64,000 nucleotides of DNA. Source: Fistulifera solaris (taxonomy: Eukaryota). This document shows, one piece after another, positions 23,172 through 36,472 of the stretch. The stretch lies in NCBI GenBank assembly GCA_030295235.1, contig AP026125.1, positions 1,736,001-1,800,000 of the forward strand, read 5' to 3'. Position numbers and translations under genes: made by a program. The notes beneath the pieces were generated by a model. The model saw nothing but the letters and a program-made list of their open reading frames with translations. It was not told the origin of the DNA and did not search any database. Position 1 is the stretch's first letter; every line of letters begins with the position of its first letter.

Positions 23172-25006
23172 ATGGGGTACTTTTCGCGTGCCGCCCTCAT
23201 TGCTGTAATCGCCTTGATCGGAACGATCGAACTCGTCGAGTCGAGCGGGAGGAGCATAAGATCACGTCCTCGCTCGATTGCAAACAACAACAGAAGCTTT
23301 TTAGTATCACAAGCTAGTACTCGACACAGCAGATATCTGGCCATAGACCCTGTTAGGAGTGAAGTCAAAAGCGGTGCAACCATCTATGAGAAACACAAGT
23401 CGCATTTGGAAAACCACTCCAGTCAGAGTGTCTACGCTAAAGCGAACCGCAGACTACCGTCAGAAAAAGAGCACGAGAATGTGTTTGCAAGAAAAGTACA
23501 TGATTCGAAGAAGAGCAGTGGTAAAGGAAGCGAAAAAGGTTCAAAAAAAGACGAGTAAGAGCTCTAATGACTCAACCGAAGCCCCCATTCCGACACCTCC
23601 TCCGTCACCACCACCCACAGTGGCACCGACCACACCACTTCCCACCATCACTTCTACTATGGTAACACCCGGACTTAAAAGTGGTAAAGGCACAAGTAAA
23701 AAGACGAGCAAAAGATCAAGCAAGTCATCTGAAGCCCCATTCCCAACCTCGTCTCCATCGCCACCACCCACAGCGACACCGACCACACCATTGCCCACAT
23801 TGACTCCTACTACAGAAATGCCCAGTGGTAAAGGTGGGAGCGGTAAAGGATCCAGCAAAAAGACGAGCAAAAGCTCGAGTAAATCATCCGTAGTTCCAAG
23901 CCCAACACGGGCTCCATCACCGAGACCGACGTCATCACCTACTGTACCACCTCCCACAGCGACTCCTACTTCCTCTCCAACAGATGCTCCGACAATTGAA
24001 CTCACGGAAGAGCCTACAACAACATATGGCTCAAAAATCTAGCAAAAAGAGTGGCAAGGGGTCAAAGAAAGCCAAAAAGGGCCAGTCATCCCCGTCCCCA
24101 TCTCCAGCCGTTCCTTCGTCGCCAACTCCAGATCCTCCGACTCCCGTAGCGCCACCAGTTGTGCCACCAACACCAACTGCGCCAGTTCCAAACCCGCCGG
24201 CACCGACAACACCGATACCAACATTGCCACCTGTCGAGGCACCAATACCCCCGGCACCGACCCCTGTTGAGACTTCATCACCTACAACGGGTTCAGCTCC
24301 GACAGAGATGCCAGTTCCCACAACTCCAGTACCAACACGGCCACCGACCGATGGTCCTGTGGTAGCCGCAACTCCGTTTTGCGCCGAGTATACAGGAGCC
24401 AGCGGAATAGGCACGGAAGCAGACTCCGTTGCTGCTGCCCAAGAGACATGTATACACATTTCGGAGTACATCGTCGAATCCTTCGAACTAAATATCGAAG
24501 AAGATATCACTGGAGTCAATTGCGATCAAAGCGGAGCGGCATCTGGTGATCCGCCACAAATATGCTTCGACTTGGAAGTGACAATAGAGCCGGGTTTGTC
24601 CAGCACACCATCGACAGGCGACCTCGATATTCTGATCGCAGTCTCCTTGCAAGAACCGACAGTGCAGGGTTTGTATGACCGATTGACAGCTTTACCCTCA
24701 AACAATCCCTATTCAAGCACGACGTCAGTGGTTCAGTCAGAAGGTCCTCTTTCGTTGAGTATTGTTGCGCTGATTGGACAGAATCCAACACTCTCGTCAT
24801 CTTTGGTATTGATGGGAGTCCTTGTAGCAGTTCTGTTTCATCGTTGCTATGGACAATCGCGATTTCCCACAAAGGATAATTACCGAAGTCGCGAGATAAG
24901 GAATGATCCGTGGAGTATGCTCGACCGTGATTGTCATGTCCTGTTTTCAATCGACGAAAATGGAGAGGAGGAAACGTTTGCGCGCCTGACGCCATTCAAA
25001 GACTAG
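23172..25006 (+). CDS. Secreted/membrane-anchored Pro-Thr-rich protein with KxxK clusters (silaffin/silicalemma-associated-like)
   Basis: Signal peptide, RxL sites, four Lys/Ser/Gly blocks alternating with PT/PS tracts, a Cys-containing domain and a C-terminal TM. Frame breaks at poly-A runs near 23545 and 24035. Confidence 0.75.
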
Positions 25007-26667
25007 GGCGCCGATCCAAGTGCTCGTTTACACAAAAATTGTAACAATAAAGATGTTATTTCTCGTTCTTTCCAATTTGATTTCTGTTATAAGCAATGCC
25101 AACGTTTTTAATCAGAAAGTGATGATCTTTCCGAAAATCAGAGAAGAAAACACTTGGTCTGATGGAAGGGCGAGAAATACAAGATGGGTGGACCACTTAG
25201 CGTAGTAACGATAAAGCCAGCCATTTCAATCATTGTTGTTTTTTCTCAGTTCTTGATGACGAGACTCGCGACAGAAGTACATACCTTGCGGCAAGCGACG
25301 AATATGATTGATGATTGTTGAAAGAATTCTCTTCATTGATGTTGACTGCTCCCACTCGAGGAATAAAGCGGCCGAAGTTCCCGAAATGGCATTGCTGTTC
25401 TGAGGTATGAGATTCCTTGCAAAATATAAGCAAGCCTTTGTCAAGAAACGATCGGGTCTACCTGGAGATCGATCCGGTGTTGTTGTTATCGGAGCGACGG
25501 CCGCAACAATATTTGAAGGCACCGGCTCCGTCATCTAAAAACCTTTTGGTTCTCGTATCGAATCTTCCTACATTCGTTTGTTGACCCGATCCTCGCTCAT
25601 TTTTTGAGGGTGGATCTTATAACTTCGACCCCCTCCTGCTAAACTAATCAATCTTCTTGAATCATCGATTGCGATGCAGGCCTGACTATCCAATCAAAGT
25701 ATTGGACGCATGTCTCGGGAAGTCTAGAGATCGATGATTGTTGATTGATGATGACCACAAAAGTCGACTTTTATTCGTGCGATCTTGTCACAACAACGGG
25801 GTTTGGTCGACGCGAATTGACGACAGGCGTGTCAACTTATGCAGTATCAATCAATAAATTGAATACCTTTCGCGTGAATTCTGTCATTATACCGTCTTAT
25901 TGATGAAGAGTGATAATATTCGTTGAAGAAATGTCATGAATTGAAAGGTCTTCCCTCCCAAAATCGATTGTTGCGGTCGAATGAGGTTGGAGCAAAAATG
26001 GGCCAAAAATCATGGGCAACCCCTTGCATTTTGGAGCAAAAATTCACGGATTGATACAATAGCATCGTAAAGTAGGCATTCTGTTGATATAAGCTACATA
26101 AGTACACGCGTGCTCGGAGCGGTACTTCCAGAATGCGACATGTCGGAGCGTGTATGAAAAATGTCGCTCAGGACGCACGGACAGACTGGACCCTCTTTCA
26201 GACTCGTGACCAAAATGGAGACCGTGACTGATAATTCTAGTACTATGTTGCCTATAGTTAACGTCATCATGGAGAGCATTCGCATGACGCATAACGATGG
26301 CTATAAACGTTGCATCTGTTGTCTTTTTTTTCATGCTTGGTGTTTCAATCAGTATCGATTTTTGTTAAAAAGCTCTTTTATTTGTGCTGATGAAGTTTTT
26401 CGTCTTCGATGACATGGCATCCTTTGCAGCAAACGTGTTCCATTGCTGCCATCCAGCTTAGCTGGCATCTTATCTAACTCTCGTTTCACTGTTTGCTCAA
26501 CAGTACAATTATTTTGACCATTGTGTCGCACTGTTGCTCGTACAGTGAAAAAATAATAACGAAGCGGTGGATCGAGGCGGAGAGGGAAATCTTTCACACG
26601 CGATGAGAACGCGATTGACAAGAATGCATTCCTTATTACTTCTGACTTACTTTCATTTGAATACACC

Positions 26668-27925
26668 ATGTTAGCTGCACGCACTGATCGAACGCCTTCT
26701 ACGGGAAAGAAAAAACGCGGTTTCGCATGGCCATTCGGGCACAAAATGCGTAAAGGCATTGCGAAAGAAGCGCGACACAAGAGTCACCTGGCGCGAGGTC
26801 CAGCGCTCTTGACCAACGGCACACCGCCGTCTTCCACGGCTTCACCGCACAATGGACAGAATGGAGTGCGAACTGCCATGAGTTCTCAAAATGGGGGTCG
26901 AGAATATCCAGACGATTCGGCTCATTCGTCGTCGAAAGGGAACACTGCGGGACATCGTGTCGAAACGACGGATACGCATAGTCTACCATCCCGATTTCGA
27001 CGAGGACTTGCACCGGCAAAACTTCACGCTATGCCGCACCCTCCGCAACCAAAAACCGTTTCGTATAAGGTACCCATGAAGGACGGTTCCGAATCGGACC
27101 GAGGAGTAGTGTCAAAAGTCAATCCTTCTTCGCGGAAGCCATCAACCCCATCCGATGCACCGCTCGTTACAAAGGCCTCCCGAGCACGACCGCGAGGAAC
27201 CGCTTGGCTTCGTAACTCGCTTTATTTTCGAAAAATATGTGATGGCGCGTTTGAAGGCATAGATGTAGATAAATCGGGTTCCGTCGACAAGAAAGAATTG
27301 TACTCCGGGATACTCCTTGTGCACTTGAATTTGGGAATGTACTTGGGACCCGCGGCTTGCAAGCCCTTAGATCGTGACAAGTGCAATTCGATTTTTGAAA
27401 AGATGGATGTGGATCGTTCTGGAACTCTTGGTAAGGAGGAATTTCGGAACGTGATGATCTTTTGTTCGGAAATGTGCTGCTGCGAGTGATTGTGCAATGG
27501 ACGGCAACAGTGACCCTCGTTCCCATAGTAGCACAACATGCCCTCAACTGGCTCTACTACGCCTGTGGACGCTTGTATGAAACAATATCGACCTTGGATG
27601 ACCGTTTCATTGTGGCCAATTGGGTCGAAGTTGCATTGAAGGCAACTTTCCAGTTTGTTCTGCGATGTCTTCCCGGTCCGACGCTGCTCGTCATCAGTGA
27701 AGTCAACGACTTTCTTCAAGGACTACCAAATTCCGTGTGGAATGCTGCACCACTTGCGTTGCTTTCATCTATCTTGGGCATTGTTGTCGTGCCGTGGATA
27801 ATCTTCCAGATTGATGATTTCTTCCAGTGGCTAGCTAGTCGTGCAATCCGACGAAAATAGATTCAGTTCAAGGAAGATTTCAAACCAATTCTGGGCCCTT
27901 CTGAAGCGAAAGCAGCTGCGCAGTA
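26668..27925 (+). CDS. EF-hand Ca2+-binding protein with C-terminal TM segments
   Basis: EF loops DVDKSGSVDKKE and DVDRSGTLGKEE; continues after a frameshift into a hydrophobic ORF (27462-27860). Confidence 0.8.
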
Positions 27926-28001
27926 AAAACTGACAGGTTGAGTGTACTTTTACGTAGAATTAAAAATAGGTGTTAGCATTATGTTGCATCCTAAATGCTG
28001 C

Positions 28002-29680
28002 CTAGATTGTTGGCGACGATTGGGAGATCTTCTTGACAGCCAGCTTCCCCCAACGAAGGTAGTGTGTCACAACCAGTGCCCCTTGGATCCCACAAAAGAG
28101 CATAAATGACAAAATACTCCTTCCAAGCTCTTTCCTAAAGGCGAGGCAAGAGCTATTATCATCGCAGCTACACCCGTGGAACAAAACATCATGAGCTCCC
28201 GAAAGTTCGAAAGTCCCAACAAAATTCCCTCACCGGCCACTCCAGGTCCATTGATGACATGCAGTATCGAAGCCAGTATAGCCGGTACTTTTACCGCTTC
28301 TTGAACTTCCGGTACCGTGGAGAAGAAGGGAGCGAGTGTCATGGCCGCCGCAAATTGAGCGACACCCAATAATATCCCCGCCACCGATCCCCACGCCAAG
28401 ATACGATCCGCTAGCCGACGAGCGTCTTCTTCACCGCTTTTCGCCAGTGTGGATGGAACCAAGGTTGCGGCGGTTCCTTGAATAGCAACGTGTACCAATA
28501 TACCGATCGTATACAACTGCATGACGACACTGTGCGCCGCGGCGGCGACTCCGGTCGGATCCAGGGTTTGCGCCCTCCGAGCTCCTGCTACCAGTGCTAC
28601 ATTGATCGCCAACTGTCGTCCCAGCATGGAAACACTTCCTTGCAACAATGGTGCCAGTGATTGTTTGGAAGGTGGACGAAAGACTCTGGACCAACGGATC
28701 AACTTTTGTCGCAGTAACAATCGGGTGTAGGTGAATCCCGAAAAGATTTCCGATACGGCCGTAGCCACAGCCGCTCCCGTGACTTTAAGAGGAGTGAAAA
28801 AGATCATAAGAGGATCGAGTATTAGATTCATCATGTTGGTCGCCATGCTGACTTTGAGTGGAGTGACGGTATCGAGGAGTCCTCGGAAGGCGGCAAAACC
28901 AGTCGCGGATATTAAGACGGGCACCATACTCATAGCTCGAACGCGCAAATAAGGAGCAGCATACTCGGTAGCAGGTGCTCCTGCCGGCAATACCAAGCGG
29001 AGAGTTTGGAGAGGAAAGACAACAAGAAAAAGAGTGCCGATGATGCCGAGTAGATTGGAAAGAAAGAGTGATTCACAGACGCGATTTCTCGCCTCTTCTT
29101 CATTGCCAGAACCAACCGCCGAAGCCACCAGCGGAGCGGTAATTGTCGGCAAGTAGTTTACTAAAAAGTAAATGGTGAAAAAGGCTTGATTGGCGGCAGC
29201 TTGCCCCGCCAACGCCAAAGCAATCCCTAAACGTCCGACCCAGAATGTATCGACGGCATTGACGACCGGCACGGCGACCATATTGATAATGGATGGTATA
29301 GCCGTATTCAAGATAACGCGATCGAGATCACGACTTTCCCAAGGATAGAGTGCCGAGTCTTCACGCTGTGCCCATGTTCCGGGAAGGGCTTCCCAGAATC
29401 GTTGACATCGACTTTTCGGTGGTTCGGGAGGAACGGCGAGCACGGATAATAAGCGACTGTTCGCTTCGAGCATTGACTTTTGGGCGGGATGCTTGACCGA
29501 TATCGATGATGTAGAAGAGGCGGTGTCATCTTCTTGATGTTCTACACTGGCCGGAAGGAAGACGACTGATGTACGAGCGGGTGCTTGGAGGGACGGAATG
29601 CGTCGGAACGATGTCCGAAACGCCACTGCATTTATTGACAGTGTCACCACGAGCTGCAGAAAAACAAAGTCTACTCTCAT
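28002..29680 (-). CDS. MATE (DinF-like) efflux transporter, plastid-type presequence
   Basis: 'VDTFWVGRLG', 'YLRVRA', 'AFRGLLDTVTPL', 'NLILDPLMIF' and 'GAAVATAVSE'. N-terminus ...NAVA-F. Confidence 0.92.
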
Positions 29681-30026
29681 GAAAAGGCGAGGATCAATTT
29701 CAAAGATGTTCCCAGCAAGAAGGATGGATGGCTTTGTGTGATTGCAGGATTATTGACTATTCTTTTTCCTTCAAATGGGCGATGGGAAAACTTTTTTCGG
29801 GGGACGGAAAAAGGCGCGGAAAAGGAAACGTCATTCAGTAACCGTGAATGACCGGTAGCGAGTCACGCACGCCTATTTTTTAATTTTTTCGAAACTCATT
29901 CGCGAAAAATGACAATAAAATAATCGCTTTGCAAACAATCATCAATTGTTATCCCATCTACGGACTACAAACAATCTTCCTAGCATGCATTATATATATA
30001 AATTATGTATCTGCTTCGCAATGGCA

Positions 30027-31097
30027 TTACAAACTTTTCTTGGGATGAATTCCTTCGTCCGAAAGTCCAGGAATTGAGGTGCCCTCCGTCTTCCCCGATT
30101 TCGTCGTCGTCGTTGTACTTGTTGTCGTCATTTTCTTCTCCTTTTCGCCCTGGAATTTATTTCTCACTTCACCAAACAGAGTGGGACCCGCTTTCAACGA
30201 CAAAAAGACAAGGAAAGCGTTGAACAAACTCATTCGCTTGAATGGCATTTCATTGCCGCCCGTCAAGGCCGCCCGCAGGAACATGAACGAATGCAACGCA
30301 AAGGTGATGACAGCTTGCGTATTCCACCAAGCGAAGCGTTCCACCGAACGATCAAACATTAAAATATCGAGAATCGAATACGCCGAAGTCAAATAAAAGC
30401 TCCTCCCAGCTTGCTGGCGAATCTCGAAATGTCATCAATGGCGTTCTGTTCCAACGACATTTTTTCTCCACAAACCCCAACCTTCTCCACCGACAAACAT
30501 CTCGGGGCGACCCATCATGATAATGGCAGAGGAGATACCGTGCATCAAATGAATCGTAAGAAGCATCACTTGATTCGGTTGGAGTTTGGTGCGGGGAACA
30601 TTGTCCTTCGTCGCGGAAAAGTAACGAATCATATCGGAAACCACCCACAAAATGTTACCAATTTGCAGGCCAGCCTTCAAACCCGTCATGGCCGGACTCA
30701 ACATGGAGGTGGGATCCGAGGAAAAGGCAGCACGGAGAAACACAATCGACAAGAGCACCGCATTGAACAATTTTGTCTTGAGGAATGCTCGTTTCTGCAA
30801 GACAGTCTTGGCGAGCAGTTGCATGATACCCGTACTCAAGAACCATGCCCCAGATGCCATGATCGGGATACGATTCGCAGCATCGAGTTGGTGCGATGCG
30901 GCGCGGGCAATGTAGGAAAAGGCGCGCAACAAGCCAGTCTCGGGATGGAGTAAGGCATTGGGTGCAAAGTAGGCGAGCACGCCGTCAAACAACGGCTCGG
31001 TTGCGAGAATGGAAGATGTTAAGAGCGTCATGTTGATCAATGTTTGTGAGAATGCTTCAAAATTCATCAGAGTACGGATTTTGATACGAGATTTCAT
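30027..31097 (-). CDS. Hypothetical multi-pass membrane protein (two collinear ORFs, probably one gene)
   Basis: ORFs 30435-31097 and 30027-30392 are both hydrophobic and separated by an apparent frameshift; the start may lie further upstream. Confidence 0.5.
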
Positions 31098-32043
31098 CGG
31101 TTCTCAACGACTTGCGAACACGTTCTGTCGGAAGTGACTCGACGCGTCAGTGGACAGAAACTTCGAGAATTGGATCATTCTCATCGCAATGTGCCATGGC
31201 CTTCAAAAATATCACGAGCAATAGAAGAATCGAAGAAGGCGATCGGAACCAGGATGGACCGACAGAAGCAAGTGCACTTTAGTAGGAGCAACAACTCTAG
31301 ACGAAATTCGCTATCAAACACGAGTCGTTTGTTCACCACTCTTACAACATCTTGCCAGGTACATCATGGAGAAACTAAAAGTCAATTTTTTCTACCGATT
31401 ACCTTTCAGTCATAAGGTCAATAATATCCGAGACAAAGCGTCTAACTATGCTCCGCTAAATACTCCTATCAACGGAGCAAAAGCTTTTGTGCTTATCAGG
31501 TGCATTTGACATCTTTTGATGTTCTCTTGTAATTTCCCCCCAATTCAGCACGATCTTAATTGACGTTGTTCGACGAGAGGCGGGAATTCATGCTAAATAG
31601 TTAATGTACGGAGTAATAGTCCTCCCAATGTTTCCACGACTGCATTTTGGTCATGAATCAAAGTATTTGTTTTGAGACAACATTCTGCCTTATCTTCGTT
31701 GCTACTGTAAACAACTTATCTAGCTGCATGATATAATAGAATTTGCTAATATTTCCTTTAGCGATATTACACTTCATCCTTTCTTTCGAAAATTCTTTCG
31801 CGACTTTGCCACGACTGCATTTCAGTCATGAATGAAGACCTCTGTGAGTGTGACTGTGACGTGGTCATCGAGCTGCATGCGCGATCGGCGATCGTCCTTT
31901 TGCGAAAGATCATACCTGGTAACAAAAGGCGCAATAAGTTCTTGTTCTTGTTGACACAATAAACGATGCCGACTATCACTGGTCACGAGGTATAGGCAGT
32001 TGATCATTGCTCCTTCTCTTGTAAAGGCAAGAACAACAGAAAC

Positions 32044-32995
32044 ATGCACAAGATAGTATGCGGGTTTTTATTCGCGATAGCAACAACTTTTTCATCGGCT
32101 CTGAGCAAGAAATTTCTCGAACGCCCGACTTACGTTGTCGATCGTCTAGCACACAAGAAAACCATGTATTATTTCGGGATCGGCTCCAATATGTTGCGAT
32201 CCAAGTTGGAAAACAGAGGTCTGAACGCTTCAAAGATTGATCTCATCGATATGGAGCCAGGATACGTGCCGAACTACCGCCTTGCTTTCAATATGCGCGG
32301 TTTTGCACCTCTCGAACCTGGGATGGGATCATTGGAACCCATCAATGGAAGCAGACCTCTACTGGCTTACGAAAAGCCAGAATGTCACGGTGCTTTGGTT
32401 ACATTGACGGCCGAAAATTACGAAAAAGTGATGGCCAGCGAAGGTGTAAGCTTCAATCAAACGAACCCTGGTTATGAAGAAATCGTGGTTACTGTCATTC
32501 CTTACGATACGCGAAAGGCCCCAGTGGAAGCCATCGCGCTACGAGCACGCCCGCACGTGCGGTTACGGAAAGATCCTTGTCCTTCCGAACGCTACATGAG
32601 CATCCTTCGTGAAGGCGCGAAAGAATTAGGATTGCTGCCATCCTATCAAGAGTATCTGAACCAACACCCAACTCAATTCGTTCCCGTGTGGCTTCGAAAA
32701 TTGCCATCCACAATTTTATCGCTACATTCATGATCTCGACTTTATTAAAGTGGCGAGGACTTTCTCGCGCACAAAGTCTATTGCTATTCGCAGTCTATGT
32801 TCCCTCGAACGCACCCCGAATAGTGACTAGCTTGAGCCACCTTGCGAGTTCGTTCATACTTTGCCAGGAGCTATTTTCGGAGCCCTAATTCAATTCTATT
32901 TTACAGCATTCAACAAGCAACCTCCTCCATTTGTAAACAGATTTATCACGTTACTGAATACAACAAGTACAGAGAATCAACCCGTTAAACGCTAA
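32044..32995 (+). CDS. Gamma-glutamylcyclotransferase-like protein with C-terminal hydrophobic region
   Basis: GGCT signature 'YYFGIGSNM', 'YRLAFN', 'HGALVTL', 'SEG' and 'PSERYMSILREGA'. Confidence 0.82.
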
Positions 32996-33055
32996 GTCAC
33001 AACAACAACATAGTGGGATCGCTAAACATATCATCTCATTTTCAATGCAACAATA

Positions 33056-34354
33056 CTACGCCTTAAGAGCTTGTTCAATGTCAGCGAGAATATCATCGAT
33101 GGACTCAATGCCAACACTCAAACGGATCATTCCTGGTGTAATGCCAGCTTTACGCTGTTGTTCCTCGTTCATTTGCGAATGCGTCGTCGTAGCAGGGTTG
33201 ATAGCCAAGGACTTTGCATCGCCCACGTTGGCAACATGACTGAATAATTTAAGACTATCAATGAATTTCCTTCCGGCCTCCGATCCACCTCTGATTTCAA
33301 AGACAACCAACGAACCACCTTTTCCGTTTAAATACTTGAGATTACGTTCGTACTCCTTGTCACCAGGAAGACCAGGGTATTTGATCCATTCAATACTGGG
33401 ATGATCTTTCAAGAAGTTGGCAACTTTGAGGGCGTTCTCGCAATGACGCTCCATACGCAAAGGAAGCGTTTCTAGTCCTTGTAGAAACATCCAGCTGTTG
33501 TCAGGGCTGATGCACGCACCCAGATTACGCAATGGCACCGTGCGCATGCGTAGTATGAATGCCAACGGTAACAACTGTTCGGGCAAATCGATCCCCCATC
33601 GCAAACCACCATAGCTGGTGTCTGGTTCCGTAAAGAGAGGATGCCTTCCGCCAGCCCAGTTGAATGGCTTGGTAGTAACAATGCCACCAATGCCAGTACC
33701 CTGTCCTCCGCTCCATTTGGTAAGCGAATGGACAATAATGGAGGCACCGTATTCAAAAGGACGGCAGAGGTAGGGCGTGGTGAAAGTATCATCGACGATC
33801 AAGGGCAACCCGGTCTCCGAAGCCAATTGGCCGAGCTCTTCCAAGGGAGAAATCTCCAGGGCGGGATTGCTGACGGTTTCGCAAAAGATAGCGCGTGTCT
33901 TGTCATCAATAGCGGCTTTGTCGGCTTCGAGATCTTGAATGTCAACAAACTTGATCGTGATACCGAACTTGGGCAAGATATCGTTGAACATTGTGTACGT
34001 GCCACCATAGAGGTTCTGAGCAGAAACAATATTGTCGCCTTGTTCCGCGAGATTGATGATAGTGTTGTGGATGGCAGCAGTTCCAGACGCGAACGCCAAG
34101 CCCGCCATCTCGTGCGTTCCTTCGAGCAACGAAAAGCGCTTCTCCAAGATATCCGTCGTTGGATTGGTCAATCTCGTGTAAATATTTCCCAGTTCCTGCA
34201 ACGCGAATAGTTTCGCCGCATGATCGGTACTCTTGAAGGCGTAAGGAGCCGTTCGGTAGAGGGGAACGCCCCGGCTTGTCGTGGCATCGGGCAGGTAACC
34301 ACCGTGCAAACAGATGGTTTCAAATCCTCTCACAAGATCGGTATCTTTCGTCAT
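33056..34354 (-). CDS. metY: O-acetylhomoserine/O-acetylserine sulfhydrylase (MetY/MET17, PLP-dependent)
   Basis: 'FETICLHGG', 'GNIYTRLTNPT', 'LYGGT', PLP lysine in 'HSLTKW', 'ANVGDAKSL' and 'IRLSVGIE'; intact 432-aa ORF. Confidence 0.95.
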   Translation of the reverse strand: MTKDTDLVRGFETICLHGGYLPDATTSRGVPLYRTAPYAFKSTDHAAKLFALQELGNIYTRLTNPTTDILEKRFSLLEGTHEMAGLAFASGTAAIHNTIINLAEQGDNIVSAQNLYGGTYTMFNDILPKFGITIKFVDIQDLEADKAAIDDKTRAIFCETVSNPALEISPLEELGQLASETGLPLIVDDTFTTPYLCRPFEYGASIIVHSLTKWSGGQGTGIGGIVTTKPFNWAGGRHPLFTEPDTSYGGLRWGIDLPEQLLPLAFILRMRTVPLRNLGACISPDNSWMFLQGLETLPLRMERHCENALKVANFLKDHPSIEWIKYPGLPGDKEYERNLKYLNGKGGSLVVFEIRGGSEAGRKFIDSLKLFSHVANVGDAKSLAINPATTTHSQMNEEQQRKAGITPGMIRLSVGIESIDDILADIEQALKA

Positions 34355-35403
34355 GACGGGTAGTTAAGTGCTGAAAGTTTCGTTTCGAAAAGGATGAAGG
34401 TGAGCTGACAGGTGGGTTGTATGATGAACCAACGCTGCAACGATACTTTGCAATGAAAGATATGCAAGGTATGCAAATGCAAAGGCTACACGACTGGCCT
34501 AGAAAGAATCATTCGGAACATAAAAAAGTGTTCACGAAGCTCGAAGATCGTTTCGAAAAGATCGCAATCTTTTTTTGAAATTTCAAAGTCTTACGGGACT
34601 GGCTCAAGTCACTATTTGATTATTGTTCTAGGGCGGTGCAGATGCAACGAATGCACTCATTTGAACTACAATGTAAACCGTCCAATTGGAAAATGAACAC
34701 GCAAAAAGCACGCATAGCATCCCATTAAGCTTATGCAAAGGTTCAGATCGTGTGTCTGGACATTTTGTATCGTCAATCATTTTTGGCTGTTTTCTTTGCG
34801 CAATCTTATCTCCAACAGATCGACGACCTTTGCATAGATTTCTTGGCAACTCGTGAGAGAATATGACCATTCAAAAGAAACGCATTTCGGACGCTTGGAA
34901 GCGTGTTGTCAAATCCGATTATTGAAGTCTTAACATTGAAAAGTTTTCTCGTCAAAACAAGCACAGCAGCACCATCAACCACAGCGTCCCAACGCATACT
35001 ATTAACTCAAACCCAGCGACTTTCTTGTTTGTCGGCCATTTTAGGCGCTTTGAGCCAACCAGATGATATTGTCAAACACGACAGGCTCATACCGAGATAA
35101 ATGAGATGTCCACTTTCCAAGTGCATCGTCAAAGTGGTCTCCCGCAATGAACCTAATGAACTCAGTTGATCGCACAATACTGTTCATCTTCTATTGACGC
35201 TTTTCGCTGGATAATTTTGGATAAACAATCGTTTGTTCTGATGTGATAAATTGGAGAAGCTCTGTTGCAAGCTGTCTCATGATTGGCCTACCTCCACTAT
35301 TCCATTGCTCGTACAGTCGAGACTTCGCATTTGCGACCACTAACAAGTAATAATAACAATTCAATGAGTACACTTGAATTAAGCACCGCAGACTTACTGT
35401 AGC

Positions 35404-36472
35404 GAGTTGCTCTGACACTTACATACTGTGTGCCCAAAAGGCATATACAATTTCCTCTTTTGTTCAATCTGTTGTGAGCCGTACAAGCGCAATAAATCAG
35501 ACGAACTATGCCAGTCTCCTATCACATTCCCCCTGAGCTTGCGAGGTATTAACGAGAAACGGAGGAAACGGAGGCAGTGGAACGGCTAGAACATGCTCTC
35601 GAACATCACAAAATACTTTCATCCATCCCATTTCATCCAAACGCCCGGCCATTTTTTGTACAGAAATCGGTTTTGTCATGCTCGGGTACTCTATCTCGTT
35701 TCGTCGAGCGGTGTGAGCTCGGAACACTTCATGTGGCATATCTGCGGACGTGGGTATTCTGTAATGGTTAATCTCTGTGCTATCGCACAAGAAGCCAGCC
35801 GTGGGTGTGGGTACTTGAAAGTCAGTATTGTGAGCATTGATATACGCCAATCGGGTGGAAAATTTCCGGAGAGGCTCGACGAAACGACGCTCGGTGGTCA
35901 TTCGGTCGATGACGTTGGAGATGCGAAAAAGATCACATCCAGTTCCCATCATAGTGCGGGCGATGAAGTGCTCCAGCAAGCGTGGAATCGGCAGAAACGT
36001 GTGTTCGCTGACACCCAAATGCGGGGTTGCTATGGTACAAAAGACACTCGGTCGGATCGTTCCTTCTCGAAGTGCTGAAATCTCTGATAGAGCGTAACGT
36101 GCATAAAGGCCTCCCAAGGAATTTCCTACAAACGACAAAGAGACTTGTAGCTTGTCATTCGTTTGAATGTCGGCAAGAATTCCGTTTACTTCTGCTGCCA
36201 CGCGACCACCACCAGCAGCTATTCCGTCCATAGTATTTCCATCATTGGCTTTCGCGCTGTGTACAACGAAACATGTAGATGGATCCTTGTCGTGATGAGC
36301 TTGTGCGAGTTGGTTCAAAGTCGTCTCCAGAAATCGCAATTCCGAAGAATTGCCCATCCATCCGTGAACTAGAATAATCACATGCACTCTTTCGACAGAA
36401 GACGGAACTTTCACATCATCTCGCATCCATTTTTGTTGGTTAAACCGGTTCAGAGAAAAGGATTTCGCTGCA
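35404..36472 (-). CDS. DUF676/ROG1-like putative lipase (alpha/beta hydrolase) with signal peptide
   Basis: 'LVHGWMG', nucleophile elbow 'SFVGNSLGGLYARYA', 'ATPHLG' and 'DFQVP'. Confidence 0.88.

Noticed and set aside
25226..26412. Short ORFs in long intergenic regions (also 10546-11371, 34628-35418, 45155-45951)
   Set aside because: No recognisable motifs, mostly non-ATG starts, and no consistent exon structure.
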